DNA of 64,000 nucleotides from Takakia lepidozioides (lineage: Eukaryota; Plantae; Bryophyta): the NCBI GenBank assembly GCA_030704615.1, contig CM060733.1, positions 23,808,001-23,872,000 on the forward strand. The letters are read 5' to 3'. The notes under the pieces are model-generated. The model was not told where the DNA came from and ran no database searches. It worked only from the letters and a program-made list of their open reading frames with translations. Made by a program: the position numbers and the translations under genes. This document shows, in pieces, positions 61,244 to 64,000 of this stretch (the stretch's first letter is position 1; every line of letters begins with the position of its first letter).

Positions 61244-62068
61244 GTTCCTCGATTCAGCTGTGGTATGTCCCTGGGTTCCTCTTCATCATCGAGTTTCCTT
61301 GTATATATGTCAAGTTAATGAAAACTTATGAAAGAAAGCCAATAATGTGCGAAGTGGATGGAGGCGCAGAAGGATGTATAGATAGATGAATGGATACTTA
61401 TGTGGATCTAATTTAGTTAATATGTTCACCTTTTGACAAACATAATATGGGACCTGGGTCCGAGGCCCTTACTGTCATGTTAAGTTACTCAGTCAATGGC
61501 TCAGGGTGGTAGCCAATTGAACATAGGGTTGTGGATTGGGCCCATTCTTTGGAGAGGAAGTGAAGTGTGACCTACCCCAGTATTCTTGTGTAGACAATGC
61601 CACAAGAACTGAAGAGAGGAAACTGGTTTACACAAGGCTGAAGGGAGAGAAAGAATAGACTGACAAGAGAGCATGTGCTCATGTACTCACTTACCCATGC
61701 TATATTGAGGTGAGTTCCAGAAGCTTGTCCAATTAGCATGCCACTTAAACCTTTTAGTACTTCTTTTGGAAGTTTATGCCTGTGCAGTGGATTTTGAGTA
61801 GCAGGCCAGACCAACACCTGCAAAGCCTAGCCTCAAAAGTGCTTGGCCCGGGTCCAGATCCTCTACAGTTTGCATTCAAATGGGTGCATGTGCAATAAAA
61901 AAGTATTGGGTAAGCACTTGAAGAGAGTTATATCTTCTGCAGATGAGGAAATGAGAGAGATTATGTATGCCAATGTTGATTCAATTGTCAACTGGCACAT
62001 TAGTGTTGACAGAATCTCAGAGAGAGAGAGAGAGTTTGGCCAGCCATGAAACACACTACCTATATCTA

Positions 62069-62505
62069 GGGTAACTGTACTTATCATTGCCCATTTAAGA
62101 CTTTGAGAAGCCATAACTTGTTCATATGATCATATTCTGGTGCAAAATTTGGACCTAGGGGGAGGTTGGCAAGTTGGCTTCGAAACCCAATTTACGAAAT
62201 TTACAAATCCCAATACACTGCCTTGAAGTGTTGGGCACAGCGAGCCTATGTAATCTGCATAAAACCAAGTATCATTGCCCCTATCATTGCACACTCTTGC
62301 ACCTATCTTTGCCCAACAGGAACCCGGTCATTTCTTGACGATTTCTTGACGATTCAATGCTTAACCGAACCCCTAAGCACGGGTGTGCGTCGACGCTTGT
62401 ACGGCTGGGATGCGCAATCATAGGGGTTTGCGCTGTCCAAGGTGCGCAATGATAGAGGCTGGGGTGCGCGATGATAGGGGTTTGTGCAATGATAGGTAGT
62501 TACCC
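62069..62505. mobile_element. MITE with GGGTAACT termini and subterminal TATCATTGC/GCAATGATA repeats
   Basis: ta-GGGTAACT...AGTTACCC-ta; repeats point inward from both ends. Confidence 0.7.
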
Positions 62506-63308
62506 TATACCTACACAGCTAGGTACCTTGTCTTTGTAATCCATTTCTGCCGTGGTTTCCTTTGTATTCTACTCTGGGATTTCTGGACAGAGTTCACCAG
62601 TGGCTTGAAGGTAGATTCGTTCGTGAGTTAGAAATGGATGCTGTGGATGATAAGTTGATCATATGGTAACTTGTTCCTGTGGCTGAAGTGGATCAGGCTC
62701 CCCTCAATTATCACCTTGTCCACAATATTTTGGGTGTGCTCTAGGCTGGAATTAGCAAAAGAGCGGAGCTATAGACAGTTCAGAGGAGAGCACAGCATCC
62801 AAGAGCAGACCCATGGTGGACCAGTGAGTTCCTAGCCAGCTTGTCATCAGCATTCTCTGGGTTGTTGCCTTAGAAGACCACAATGTGGTAGTGTAGAAGC
62901 TTCCACGAGAGAGAAATGAAATGATTCTAAGAAAGAGAATCACTCCTGTGCGGGCCAGAGATGTACTAAAAGGACGTTGTTTGCCGAAGCCTTGTGGCCA
63001 TAGACGGTGAGAACACAAATCGTGGAACACGCATTCTAAAATTCACACATTTTGATAAGATGCAGGTCCTGTCACCTTTGAGCAGACATTCATTCCTAAA
63101 TCGAGGACCCAAATCGAGATTTCATCTCATTGCATGCATGACACGCAAAGGATCGGCAGGCTGACAAGTCGCTCTCGATGCGGTGATGAGGCGGAGGAGC
63201 TCGGATTATGCTCGAAGAGTATACAGACAAATCGAACCAGAAAGTACAGAGATCCACAGAAAAGAAGGGAGAAAAAGATAGGAAGGACGGTATACGAGTT
63301 TGGAAGAG

Positions 63309-64000
63309 ATGGCAAGGGGGAAGAGAAGGAGAGTGCTGGTGAGCGTGGACGAGAGTGACGAGAGCACGTACGCTCTCCAATGGGCGCTGGACCATTTGAT
63401 CCAGCCGCAATTGCCTTCAAGTGGTGACGGGGGTAGTAGCGAGCCGGGCGACGCTGTGATTCTACTTCATGCGCAGCCTGTGCCACTGGTGTATCCGCCG
63501 GGTCCGGGCATGCAGGCTGGTCTCTCTCTCTCTCTCTCTATCGATGCATGAAGATGGTCGTGTCCTCTGTTGCCTCTTACCGTCCATCTTTTCTTCTTGA
63601 TCTCTTTTATTGTGTAGTGTATATCTTTTGAAGTACTTGCTGGCAGGCCATGTCTGTCAGTCAGGTGAAGTAAGCTGTGTAGCCGAGAGGATCCTCACCA
63701 TTCCTAGTTATTTTTGTGAGCTGACTGGCATGATAATTCCAACTGTTTAAACTGAGATGTGGGCTGTGATGGTCTTTGAAAGGGGGTAGTGGGTGTAGTT
63801 GCAGCTATATGCTGGAAACTTTGTGAGTTCTTCATGTGCTGAAACATGCTGGTATGTGTTTGAACGACAATGGAAAGACGGGATGATGAAATGGTCCAGT
63901 ACAGGATTATATGTGACACCTGAGGTTACGGACAGCCTGCGCAAGTACCAGGAGAACATAAGCAGGAATATCCTATCCAAAGCAAAGGAACTTTGCACTG
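63309..64000 (+). CDS. Universal stress protein (UspA-like), partial; exon 1 63309-~63519, exon 2 63905 to window end
   Basis: RRVLVSVDESDESTYALQWALDHL...VILLHAQP; phase-1 exon GLYVTPEVTDSLRKYQENISRNILSKAKELC. Confidence 0.9.

Noticed and set aside
61449-61860. MITE with GGACC(T/C)GGG termini
   Set aside because: The inverted repeat is short and imperfect, with no clear TSD.

Overview
Eukaryotic, intron-containing land-plant DNA (probably a bryophyte, inferred from repeat and TE content). Host genes lie at both ends. On the left are an uncharacterised plant protein, a glucose/ribitol-dehydrogenase-like SDR and an intronless F-box protein; on the right are an ankyrin-BTB/POZ protein and a universal stress protein. 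Between them is a ~39-kb nested transposon island (18.3-57.6 kb): a foldback/MITE, a Tf1/Tcn1-like self-priming Ty3/gypsy, a large CACTA carrying LINE fragments, and three further Ty3/gypsy-type elements. The main signal is that two LTR elements with no shared repeat sequence (28243-36038 and 46015-56499) have the same non-canonical split/permuted LTR layout: B-internal-PPT-A-NN-B-A. Each has an internal palindromic CA-NN-TG site, TG...CA outer ends and a 4-bp TSD. This is the product expected if a 2-LTR circle is opened by integrase at an internal palindromic att site, rather than linear cDNA being integrated. The second element also encodes a C5 cytosine methyltransferase between protease and RT, and a PHD finger after integrase. 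Mechanistic claims are inferences from sequence layout; no database searches were run.
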